The notes under the pieces are model-generated. The model was given only the letters and a program-made list of their open reading frames with translations, did no database searches and was not told where the DNA came from. A DNA stretch of 61,163 nt, the filler included, from Collodictyon triciliatum (Eukaryota): NCBI GenBank assembly GCA_043381765.1. It is 4 parts of 4 records of this genome, joined end to end, with 100 filler letters (N's around TTAATTAATTAA, not from the genome) between each part and the next. Parts side by side here need not be neighbours in the genome. Positions count along the whole stretch, not along the records: positions 19,395 to 37,321 come from JBHJMP010000553.1; 3 more parts are not named here. One strand, given 5' to 3'. Below are positions 22,597 through 34,621 of the stretch, piece by piece. The position numbers were made by a program, and so were the translations under genes. Positions within the stretch are counted from its first letter, which is position 1; the number at the start of each line of letters is the position of its first letter.

Positions 22597-25500
22597 TCTA
22601 ATCTACAACTCACAATGTGAGTAAATGTGGTGATCACACCGAGAGAGACATAACGCAGGGGAGCAATAAAATAAAAAAAATAAATCATTATGAAAAAGAA
22701 AAAGTCTCTTTTGCTGAGAAATAAACACTGCGAAAGACAAAGGACACATTTTCTGAAAAGTAATGCTATTAAACTGGGGCTCTTTCCTTCTTCTCTCGAC
22801 CTGCCACATCCTGAAGCCTGAAAAAAAAAACACGAAAGCCATCGAAAAGGGCGATCCTGAGAAGGACGAGACCGCCTTCCAGGAGACCGGTGCCACAACC
22901 CTGCCCCGTGGGATGCCTACTAATCGTACGCAAAACGAGAAGGCTGACACAGCCAACCCGAAGAGCGAAAAGGTCACTTTATCACATCCCCTGCAATACA
23001 ATTTATGCACCAAGACACACCGACGAACAAGACGCCGGCTGCCACCGACTCGTGAGTACGAAAAACTACTAATAAGACGGAGCGGGCTCTTTGAAACGAA
23101 TAAATAACAACGGGGAATAAAGACTTCTTCTCCGCCACCCAGCCACCAAGTAGCGTCCGTGCAAACGATGGCCAGCGAACCAAAGCCAACATCTCCACCA
23201 TCCTGCACAAAGTTGAAAGGGAGAATAAAAAATAAAAATAACGGGGAATAAAAAAGACGGATCGAGCCCAAGCAACCGATCCACTTGTAGCAAGAGAGCA
23301 TGAGACACTGGAGAAAGGGTTTATATCATTCAAGCTCAAGCTATCAACTCATGGGTAGCAACATACTTATGAACATATTGCTCGATATTAGTTGTTCAAA
23401 TTCATTCACCCGTTTCTTTTTCTTTTTTCTTTCTCTTTTTCAGCCTGTAAATGGATAAACTTCATTACAAAGGTTGTGAGGAAGTTGGTTTTATCCCTTT
23501 CAAGGCATGACACTTTTTATACAACGAAAGTGTACCCATATATAATGCGGTTTATTGCACAGACAACCGTCGAGTTAAATCTGGATTGACAAGAATAGGA
23601 GCTTTGATAAATCCAAGAAGCAATTTGAAAAATATAATAGTATAGTTAGTATATATAATAAGGTTAAAAATACATAATAATCTTGACATATTCCTATAAT
23701 CAATTTATACTTTATTTACCATTTATGTAATATTAATTCAAAAATCCAAAAATCCAAACAAGCCGTTGTCTTTGCCCAGACAGAAACCACCCTGTAAACC
23801 TGCCACCAAATATGCATTTCAAAAAAGCATACATTCCGCACTTGCGGCAGTAATCATGTTGCTTGGGGCCGATATCTTGACTTTCAGTCGAAATGGCTAT
23901 ACGGCTGTCCTTTCGAACTCGCCGAGTCGGCTCTCAGTGTTTTGTCTCAAATCATTTATAAAAAACTTTGTGTGTTTGTTTGCCGCAATGCGCGCATTTT
24001 GAAAGTCTCGGTAAATGCTTAATTTTACATAAATTGATTTTATGCAGTTTTTAAATTGATTAATTGACTAAATTTTTATTAAGATTGAAAACTCGGTAAG
24101 GAAAAAAAAAAAGATTGAAAACTCGGTAGTTTTCTAAAGGAAAAAGTAAAACAAATACTTTTAGATGAAGAAAAGAAAACGCCTTGAGTCTGGGAATCTA
24201 AAGTCTGCAAAACCACACTATCCGAATGTGAAAACATCTCGAAAGTCGATTGTAAAGAATGCGAATGACTATGACAAAATCAACGATACGGTTTTATTGT
24301 GTCATAATTTGGTTACCGACACTTATCTGTTTGCAAGATGTTACATATTGAAATCACAACAGCTCCCAAGAATCGATGAAATTTTTTTTTTGTACGCTTT
24401 AAAGACAGTCGTAATAGTTTCACAAGATAGACCCACAAGATGAAAGCATCCAGAAATGAGAGAAGACATGATGACATTTTATCTCTACGATTTTCGATTC
24501 CTTTTGTCCCGATAAGAATGCTTTCCGTTGGTTGGACTGTCTCATGCATTACCGTACTAGGCGAAGCAAATGTTAACAGCTTATCATAATAACACTGAGG
24601 AACATTATGTAAAGAGGCTACTGCGCTTTACAAATCAAACAGTTCCTGAAGATGAGAATATTACAGAAGCTATTAAAAAAGGCAGAGTTACGAAGTTAAA
24701 AAAAGCCATCCTCAAGAAACTCGAAATACCGGAACAATAAAAAAAAAGTGGGCTGTAATACAATTGAATCGTATCATTATCAGCGATATTGTAAATGGTA
24801 TCGAATATGACGCCAAAGTCAATCCAAACAAGTACATTTCATGTCTGATTTACATGAATCGCATTTTTGGGGACATTAGAGCCAAAAATTTTCAACCAAT
24901 CTCTATAAGAGAACTAACAATATACCATGTTATATTACTCTAGATACCGCATGTTTGATAGATATATTAGTATTATCTAGAAAAAAAAATCATTAATGAA
25001 GAATATATCAGGTTGCAAAGAAACCCTATGGGATGACTTCTTTGAAATGAAGAAGAGGGTCTTTCATCAAAGAGATTACAATTTTAAATATATGATACAA
25101 ACAGACAGCTTGGCGGGTCATTATTGTTTGAAAAGAAATGAATTTCAAATTCAAAATTCAAATATAATCAAAAAAAAAAAAACCAAGAATATGTTTTATA
25201 TGAACTTTCCGAAGAGCATTTATCTTTATTAGCGAAAAAAAAAAGTTGGAGTGGACGCAGGCAAGTTTAATTTGGTTTACACGGTGGATGAGACAAGTAA
25301 GAAATTACGTTACACGGCACACCAAAGAAGACATGATAGCAAATCTCTTAAAAATCACAAAATACTCTTGCGCGAGAAAAAAGAAAAGTACAATGCTTCA
25401 GGGATATGTATGGCAACATGTTTACAAAGTGCTGTTTCTTTTGGTCCCATTACTTTTGAAGAGAATCAGTGGTTTGAGACATCAAGAGTATCTTTAATCG

Positions 25501-26132
25501 ATTTAGAGACATAATTGAGTAAACATAATTCATACACGGTCGATTATGAAAAATTTCGAAAATATGTATCTATGAAATCAAGATACCAGATAGAATTATC
25601 CAGATTTTATGAACAAGTAACTTTTCGAAAGATGAGATGGAGACAGTATGTTAATACAAAAAGAAGTGAAATTGTTTATGAACCGAATCGAAAAGACAAT
25701 TGGTAAGGATGTTGTACTGGCGTATGGAGACTGGAGCAGAAGATCTCCGATGAAACATTTTATGCCAACAACCGGAAGAGGATTACGAAAAATACTATCC
25801 AAACGTTTTGATACCAGTAAGTGTAAATGGATTTAGAACCTCCAAGGTGTGCTGCAACTGCGAAAAAGAACTGGAATATATGACACTGAAAGGAAACTCA
25901 AAAAATGTATAGATGTCTCATGTGTAAAGAATGCGATCGCTCAGAAAGCAAACAAAGTGTATTCTTGACAAGGGACTTTATCAGCACTAATAATATACTC
26001 AACAAAGTTCTTTTAACCCTTCAAAATATGCATACACCTCGCTCTAAAAAACAATAGGCTGTCAGGTCTTTCCTGGCAGCCTTCACCACTGCACGGTCAT
26101 GGTGAAAAAAGTGGTGAGACCTTGGATACTAG
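22597..26132 (+). mobile_element. Fanzor-carrying transposon, copy A (non-autonomous, possibly Helitron-type; ends inferred)
   Basis: 22690-24385 is clearly homologous to the reverse complement of 51231-52934. It contains the Fanzor pseudogene. Candidate ends are A|TC at 22597 or 22602 and hairpin + CTAG|T at 26129-26133. Confidence 0.65.
24165..26057 (+). pseudogene. Fanzor1 (TnpB-derived RuvC nuclease), frameshifted
   Basis: Fragments in successive frames: MKKRKR...VKTSRKSIVK; FKYMIQTD; RuvC-I VGVDAGKFNL; YTAHQRR; FRKMRWRQY; VVLAYGDWS...MPTTGRGLRKILSKRF; RuvC-II region VNGFRTSKVCCNC; CLMCKEC; RuvC-III TRDFIS.NNIL; stop TAG at 26055-26057. Several stops and frameshifts. Confidence 0.9.
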
Positions 26133-26152
26133 TGCACAAAGTTTACCAATGG
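26056..26152 (+). ncRNA. Candidate Fanzor omegaRNA (scaffold plus putative guide)
   Basis: 11-bp stem 26056-26066/26072-26082 with one G-U pair. Second stem 26082-26088/26100-26106, or 26083-26090/26110-26117. AGGTCT at 26064-26069 is complementary to AGACCT at 26117-26122. The structure starts at the Fanzor stop codon. Confidence 0.65.
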
Positions 26153-26595
26153 AAAGATTGATATACTCTAGTTTAAAAAATATTAGTGAAATAGTTTTAC
26201 TCTTGAAGCAAAGAATTGCTATACAAATTATATAATTTTCATATTTTCCAGAAATAATATCCGGTTGTGATGGTTTGAGTGATAGTCAAATTGGGGTGGC
26301 TGTGTCTGCTCTTGGGATGGTGAAGCACGCCAACCTCCCCGCCTCTTTTGCGCTTCTGATCACTTGCACCCACACAATTAAAGGAGGACCCATATGCTGG
26401 TCGGTCTTCAACAACGATGATATTAGCTCAGGCCTGATATGCACTTCTTAGCTTATATTCATGTTTATTAAGAAACACAAAAAATGACGGAGACTTCCCT
26501 TTCTTTTTTTTTTTCCTTTATTCGATCGAGATTTCCCTTTCTTATTCTTTTCCCTTTTTATTTTCTTTGTCTTTGTCTTTATTGGATTTCTTTTA

Positions 26596-26656
<61 letters not shown>

Positions 26657-26933
26657 ATCTACTGATCTTTTCCTTTGGTTGTGCTCTTAAAAGATTTAGC
26701 GCTGGTGGGGTTAAGCTCTCGTATAATGGCGTCTCTCTCTCTCTATTGAATTTTCATAATATTTGAAAGGTCTAACTTCACCATACATTCAAGAGAAACC
26801 CCTAGACTGGGGGCAGGTTTAAATAATACTCGGGTTAACTTGAAGCCTGAGAAGCCATAATACCATATTTATTTCCGAGGACCAGATATAATTTTTAGGA
26901 GCATAAAATAACTGATATGAATAGCAGAAATCT

Positions 26934-27022
26934 ATATAACATATATAACATATATAACATATATAACATATATAACATATATAACATATATAACATATAT
27001 AACATATATAACATATATAACA
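26934..27022. repeat. 9-bp tandem repeat (ATATATAAC)n
   Basis: About 10 copies. Confidence 0.9.
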
Positions 27023-27239
27023 TACAAAACATACAAAATAACTATACCAGTAAATAAAATAACCGAAAATAAAATAAATAAAGGATTAACTATGACTCTA
27101 TCATAACATAATCTGCTATAATAATTAAAACGAACATATATTTTCCTTTATTCGATTCAAAAAAAAAAAGAACATATACATATATGAGAAGATCAAGCCA
27201 TATAATTAAGGCTTAGTCATTTAGGTCTCGGAACCATTA

Positions 27240-28194
27240 ATGGATGGATCTGGACTTCCCAACCTCTCCTTGCATACATCTACGATTACAACTGGTCTAG
27301 AATCATCAGAAACGTTTTTTCAGACTCAAAACCCACAGCTAAGACTACCTTCCCTCAACGTAAAATATGAATATAATCTCCATCAGATGTTATATTTTAT
27401 TTATCTAAATTAAGTTTTTTAGGACGTATTTTTTTAAAATATTAATTGATAAACCCTTGATCAAAAATAGCCTTTTTTTTATATAAATACGAAATATTAA
27501 TTGATTTTCTTACATTTTTCATGAAGGTCAAGTTAGATGCTGTCAAACCAGTTATTCCTGGAGACGAGCATATTATTCACGATGAAGATAACATACTCGG
27601 ACCACGAGCAACTTATGGATATCAAAAAAATGATAGAGAATATACAAAGGTTCACGCTGTTTTGAAGGCAATACGGCAACGTATGTCTAGTTTCATAAAC
27701 ATTTCTATCATATTTTTTTTATTCTTCCTTTCAATTTTGTGCCTAAATATTTCTATCATATAAGTTTATTCTCGCCTCCAATACGTTCGTATATCAAAAA
27801 AGGATAATTTTTAATTACCCTGTCATTTTTTTTGTCATAAATCAGGAAATGTCTCATAGATGAGACTTTAAAATAAAAAAATGTGTTTACTTAGACGAAA
27901 TCAACAACTTTCGATTAATTAAATAATTTTTGACTTTTCTTTCTTTCATTCTTACGTTTCTGTTTTTTCCTATCAGTCAGAATTTTTTTTATCTCTCTGA
28001 AAGTAAAATAAAGTAAAAATAAACAGAAAAGACCTCGGTATACTTTGATCTTCTAGCAGATCTAACTGCAGAGCAGCTTCTTATACTCCACAAAGAGTTT
28101 TATCGGAATGGATCTTTGACTATGTGCGAGGTATTCTTCATTCGTGATGAAAGGGAATACTATTGAAAAGTTTCATTCCGAAATGATACGTTCG

Positions 28195-28263
<69 letters not shown>

Positions 28264-31200
28264 TCTGCCCTTCATCTGAATAGGATACACGCTATCAAAA
28301 TATTTTATTCTCTATATAAATAGTTTACATCTATATTGGAGGAAATTCTAGACATCAACGAAACCGAAAAAACGTGTGTATTTCGCTTCATACAAATCAA
28401 CGCCTAATAACTCGCGAACAACAGGATGAATATATTACAAAAATTTAAGCCCATACATGCTATAAATCAATTTCAAAAAATTTTGTACACAAACTTTCCT
28501 GACAGAGAGGCTCAAAACACTCAAGTCGTTTTAAGACAACTTTTAGCTTTGTATGATCAAATCAATACAAAACAAACATCAGGGGTAAGGGAAAATTAAA
28601 TGAGATGCTTTTGTAATACAATATTTATCTTCATTCATGGTAACTTTCAAGAAAGCGATACTTAGAAAAATATATAACTTGATAAATACTTTCATACGTC
28701 AACATATTCAAATTAATAAATCATAACAGATAACATGGGATGATTTCTCAGACTTCTTCAGCTATAAGACAAGCAGAACACGAAGCGACGCTACTGATAT
28801 TCCTTCAGACATTGTCAGGGTATATCTTCTCTTTATTTTTAGATAATATGAGGGCTGTAAAGAAACATAGTATTAATAGGATTAAATTAATTCATATTCA
28901 CGGATAGTTATTCATATATATTAACTCCAATTTGAATTCTATCTATTTTCATGACATATTTATCCATCTTCGTTATTATTTTAGACTTGACTTTTGCTAT
29001 ATGTTCATGTTTCTATGTGGTTATATTTATTTTAGTATCAATCCCAACCAAAAATGCTTCATCCTGGAGAAAAGTTTGTCGATAGAATGATATATATACC
29101 CCAAATACAAAAATTGGTCACTTCTGACAAATCTAAGGTATTATTATAATTAAAAATCTTTATTTAAAGTTTGTATACCTCAATCATTAATGTTTTTGAA
29201 AAGTATGCCTGTAAATAATTTAATTTTTTTTGGAAAAATCGAGCGCCCTAGTATCTTCAAGTATTATTCTTCCTCCAAAATATATTCATATAACTATGTA
29301 CGTATTCAAGATTGCATGTGTAAGGGAAGTTTCCAATGGAAAAATTGTGAAAGAACTTATCGGCCATAGTGCTGCTGTAATAAGTGTGGGTATGTAGAAG
29401 GGAATGTATTATAATTTCATGTTGTATCTAACTTTATTTTTGGGAAAATTTCAATACACTTGCCTTTTTCTCTCTTCATTCTGAAATTTTTTTTTTTCAG
29501 AAAATGCATTATTCTTTGTAATTGTAGGTTATGTTAAAAAACTAGAGATGTATGTTACTGGTTCGGTAGACAGGTTTCCCTCAACTTTAGATAAAATCAC
29601 CAATAACCAAGTTCGTGTGAGCGCACGATATTATTTTATAATTAATTTCGCGTTTAAATTGCCATTCTCAATCTTTTTAGCACAATTGGATGTTGGGATG
29701 TAAATGGAATCAGGTCTAGACCAATCGATGCTGAGTACCCGCAATTATGTTTTGAGTGGGTTGACAGTATAGGCACACTCATGTCGGGTGATACCAAGTA
29801 TGAATAAATACAAACAAAAAATCTTATGTAGAGAAAATCGAGTGAAAACATATGCGCGAATGTACTTCTTTAAATGATGACTTTTAAATTCGGTATAATA
29901 TAAAAATCAAAGGGGAAATATCCATCTATGGGACCTCAAGGAAAGACTCTCAGTTCATAGCCCCATACTAGCCCACGACGATTGGGTCATGGATTTAAAA
30001 GAGATACCTGAGTACTCTATGATCGCATCCGCCTCTCTAGATAGGCTGATAAAGATATGGGACGAAAAGTGAATATTTTATTCGATACAAAAAAGATTAG
30101 TTGTCGATTGAATATGCTACTGATAAAGTCAAAACAGAACCCCAGTTAAATAGAAAAGCCAGAAGAAGAGAAATGAAAACAACTTTTCTATTTAATTTTC
30201 CTCAAAGGACAGTTTTTCTTTTTAATTAGAACTCTGAGTCCGATAGTAGCACAAAAAGGACATAACCTCGGAGCGACATCCCTTGCATACTCTGGATTTG
30301 CCACAATGCTTTTCTCCTGTGGTTCGGAGAGGTGAATTTATGTTATTTATTTGGATTGTGTGTTCGTTTGAAGATAGATTCTTCTACTTCATTATCTTTA
30401 TCTTTTTCTTTTCTTTTCTTTTCTTTTCTTTTCTTTTCTTTTCTTTATCTATATCATTATCATTATCTTTATCTTTATCTTTATCTTTATCTTTATCTTT
30501 ATCTTTATCTTTATCTTTATCTTTATCTTTATCTTTATCTTTATCTTTATCTTTATCTNNNNNNNNNNNNNNNNNNNNNNNNNNNNNNNNNNNNNNNNNN
30601 NNNNNNNNNNNNNNNNNNNNNNNNNNNNNNNNNNNNNNNNNNNNNNNNNNNNNNNNNNGTTCTTGTTCTTGTTCTTGTTCTTGTTCTTGTTCTTGTTCTT
30701 GTTCTTGTTCTTGTTCTTCTTGTTCTTGTTCTTGTTCTTCTTCTTGTTCTTGTTCTTGTTCTTGTTCTTGTTCTTCTTAGTAATGCTGATAAAAACAATA
30801 ACAACAACTATTAATAAATAATCTAATTTTTCGATGAGTTTCTAAATTTATTCATCTTTCATAAAGTTAATTCATATATCATGGAATATCTTTGAATTCG
30901 ATGAAGAATTTTTTATGATACATTATCACATAAAACCTTGTTTCTTTATTGAAAAGAGATATATTTGCGTGGAATCCGTCAAAACGTGGGGCCGTCCACA
31001 AAATGAAGGGTCATGAAAAAGGAACTGTGGCTGTATACTGCAAAGACAAATCACCTGAGCTAATCTCATGTGATGTAAGTGGATGCATAAAAGTATGGGA
31101 TATTAGAAGGTAAAATTTGCATAATTTATTCAACGATTTAGTTAAATTACATAATATACTTGATTATACACAGAGCGATGCACTAATTCTACTTCTACTT

Positions 31201-34200
31201 TGCTTTACCCTCTTGCACTTTGAACCAAATAAAGGGAAATAAACTTATGCGCCCCGCCCCGCCCCCCCCGTCCTCTTCTGAACCTGGTGTGTTGACGTAG
31301 TTCCTGATCAACCGAATATTTTCCATACAGATTTCTGTGCGTGCAAACACTATCCTTTAGCGGAGGGACTGACGAGGATCCAGACACGATGAAAATTTCG
31401 TGCATGTGCTTTGATGAGGAACACAGGTTCGCATTTTTTTTTATTCTCATTTCTTTTCTCCATTTCGTTTTTCATGTCTAGCCTATGAACATGTATTTTT
31501 TTAATTTTTTTTCTTGGCATCGCTCTATGAATCAACGGGAAGTCAAATCATTACGGGTGGTCAACGAATTCAAATGTGGAAACCAGTGCAAGACCGAAGC
31601 AATGATGTAGCCTCGCATAACCCTATCACATGCATATCTTATCTTGACTATCAGGTCTATCTATTCTACAAAACGTCCATGATATTATTTGACACCTGCA
31701 AAGGTTGGCGGAGCTATGTAATCAAATTTACCATTTCATTAGGCATACAAGAATTTTGTAGTTGCATCAAGTAATGAAATCAGTATCTGGGATGGATATA
31801 GCGGGTGTATAGAACATGCTTTTACTGCTAGTTGCGAAATTTCAAAAATCTTGGTCCTGGAAAGAAAAGTAAATCAACATATCTATTTTTCATATTTAAA
31901 ATACCATCAATATGCATGCATTATGTGTGAAGATGTATGTCTGAACTATATTCATATTTGATCAATATTTTCAAAATATTTTGTCAAAAAACAGGTCATA
32001 GCTGGTTTTAGTAATGGATCGCTTGAAATATTCAACATATCAACTGGGGGTCTCATGCATTCTATGAAGGTATTTTTACTTATATGCTAAAATTGAAGAA
32101 TGGTCATGATCAATATGATTGTAAGAGCAGTTTACTTTTATTTTTCTGTATCTCGAACACAAATATTCATGCATCGATTGAATTTATTAATTAAATAGTT
32201 CCCTCGTTGTATTTAATGACTGATTAATATATAAAATTAGGCTTTTCAAGATGAAATATCTCACCTAGTGAATACAGGAAAGCGCAATTTCTTGGTAGGA
32301 AGCACCACCGGAAAAGCCCATGTGTATTCGCATCAATCTTTTACTGATGTTGTCCAGAAATTCTCTCTGGCAATACCCATGAAATCAACTCCTTACATGA
32401 TTTGTTGCCTTGATTACCGAATCATAGTCGTCGGGGGAGAATCTACAGCTATGGTGTTTCGAGCAGAAAGTGGTAAATTTTGTTTTTATTATTGTGATGA
32501 TTATTTTATTCCTATTGCTATTGTAGTCAGTATATCATTCTTCATTTTATTAATCATTATTATTAATCATCATTATTATTCTTGTTTATCTTGTTTTCTC
32601 AACTCATTTCTCTGTAATTTAAATTCTGTTAGTAGTCGATCCTACCATGTAAGTTTTGCTATAATTAATGCTGTTAAAAACGTTTCCAGGGGTGCCCATT
32701 TCCTCTATTGCTTTGGATTCAACTCTCTCTGGAATTACTCTATCTTCGTCACTACCGGCTCTCATAACATCGGAAGGATCCCTCTTAAAAATATGGTCGA
32801 TTGGAAACTTCCAACTTCTAATCAAAATTGATTTACATTCCAGTTTAATGAAAATATTAACGACAAAAGGACTAGGAGAGGCAACTTCTGTTGATTTGCA
32901 TCAACCTTACGATTCTTTTAAAAAAGCAGCAACATCACCTTTAGCCCAATCCGGGCATATCGTACCCCGGGTGGCTGACGAGCCCCGAAGGAAGTCAAAT
33001 GGTAACGCTCCTTTGGTTATTTTTCCTCTGTTAGATGAGAGTATCTTTACACAGAGATGCTTTCAATACCCAAATGAATTCACAATATATTTTCCCTTTA
33101 TTCATTCAAAGTGAATGCATGCATAAATATAATTAAAATAACGAAAATTGCTCATGTGCTCTAGGCATTGTAGGAGAATTCTCGCCCATACTTTCCATAT
33201 CAGTGACCAACACGACTTTATATCTTGTTATTGAGGTTGTTGAGAACAACGTTATCATTCTGGATATGCTTAAAATCTTAATGGGACATACGATGTCTAC
33301 TTTGAAAAGTATTACTTAACCTGTAATTATCCTGAATTGTAAATGGGAGCGTATGAATCAAATAAAATTCTCTATTTTGTATATATTAGGATTGCAAATA
33401 TGAGGAATTACAACAATATGTTAATGAACTTACAATAGGAGAGCCCTTCCGGATACCTACGGAATCCGAAATCCACAGTTTTGTGATAGATTGCTCGAGG
33501 CCTGGACAAGCAAAGCCAAATAATGAACTTCCCAAATATCCAAGTCCTGGTCAAAGGTTTATATATATATATTCAAAATATATTGTGTATCTTGTCTGTT
33601 ATTCGTGAATGTTAACAAATGGTTTTATTTATTTATTTATTTATTTATTTATTATTTATTTATTATTTATTATTTATTTATTATTTATTTATTATTTATT
33701 TATTATTTATTTATTATTTATTTATTAAGACCCGGGTTTCAATTATCACCTTAATTCTAGCGTGCACTGCAGATACTTATTTCCTCTTAAGATACATACA
33801 AAATCAATCAATACTATTTGGTAATTCAGAACACGGAGCATAATTTATTACTTCTTCGTAGCGAAATATGCATTCAGGATATCAAATCGTTGATCATCCA
33901 AAAAATAAAGCTCCCAACGCCAGTACGTTAACATTCGTGCATATACTTCTAAAAATGAGTTCAATTTTGGACTTTTTCATCATATTTTTACACCATTTTC
34001 TCTATATATATGATTTTCTTCACGTTTGAACTTATGCTTCAGGAAAAAAAAGGGATCTATACCAAAAACTAAAGTGTTGCTGTTTTTAACCAAATTAGAC
34101 AGAAATTAGAGTGTCTATCATGACAGTAGTAGATGACCCTTTTGTTTTTGTCACTGGTTGCACAGAGGGCAGGGGTCATCTGTGGAATATTAATGGAGAC

Positions 34201-34522
34201 AATATAGGTTTTCCTATTTTCCCTGAAAACTTAATTAAGGCATAACTAATTATATACTGCGCATCTAATTCATATGCATGCATGTTAATAGGAAAATTTG
34301 CCAAGAACGGAGAGAGTCTATGGACGTATCGCCCTAATGAAAAATTCGGGTCTAGAAAGCCTTTTGGATCTGAAACGCAGGCGCATGAGTTTGACGTAAT
34401 ATGCGGCATATAATTACATTCTTTTGATGTATCATTTCCTAATATGCATAATATTGCTTTGATTATCATATTACCTTACTATTTGAATACACTTCGACCT
34501 TCAATTTACTCACACCACTATT

Positions 34523-34621
<99 letters not shown>

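Noticed and set aside
23720-24010. CxxC-containing minus-strand frame (KCAHCGK...YCRKCG) in the conserved region upstream of Fanzor
   Set aside because: The cysteines are not conserved in copy B and stops interrupt the frame, so coding status is unsupported.
24165-26057. Alternative genetic code or programmed frameshifting rescuing the Fanzor ORF
   Set aside because: Host genes use TAA, TAG and TGA as normal stops, lesions differ between the two copies, and a catalytic Glu is mutated. Ordinary decay (plus possible homopolymer errors) is simpler.
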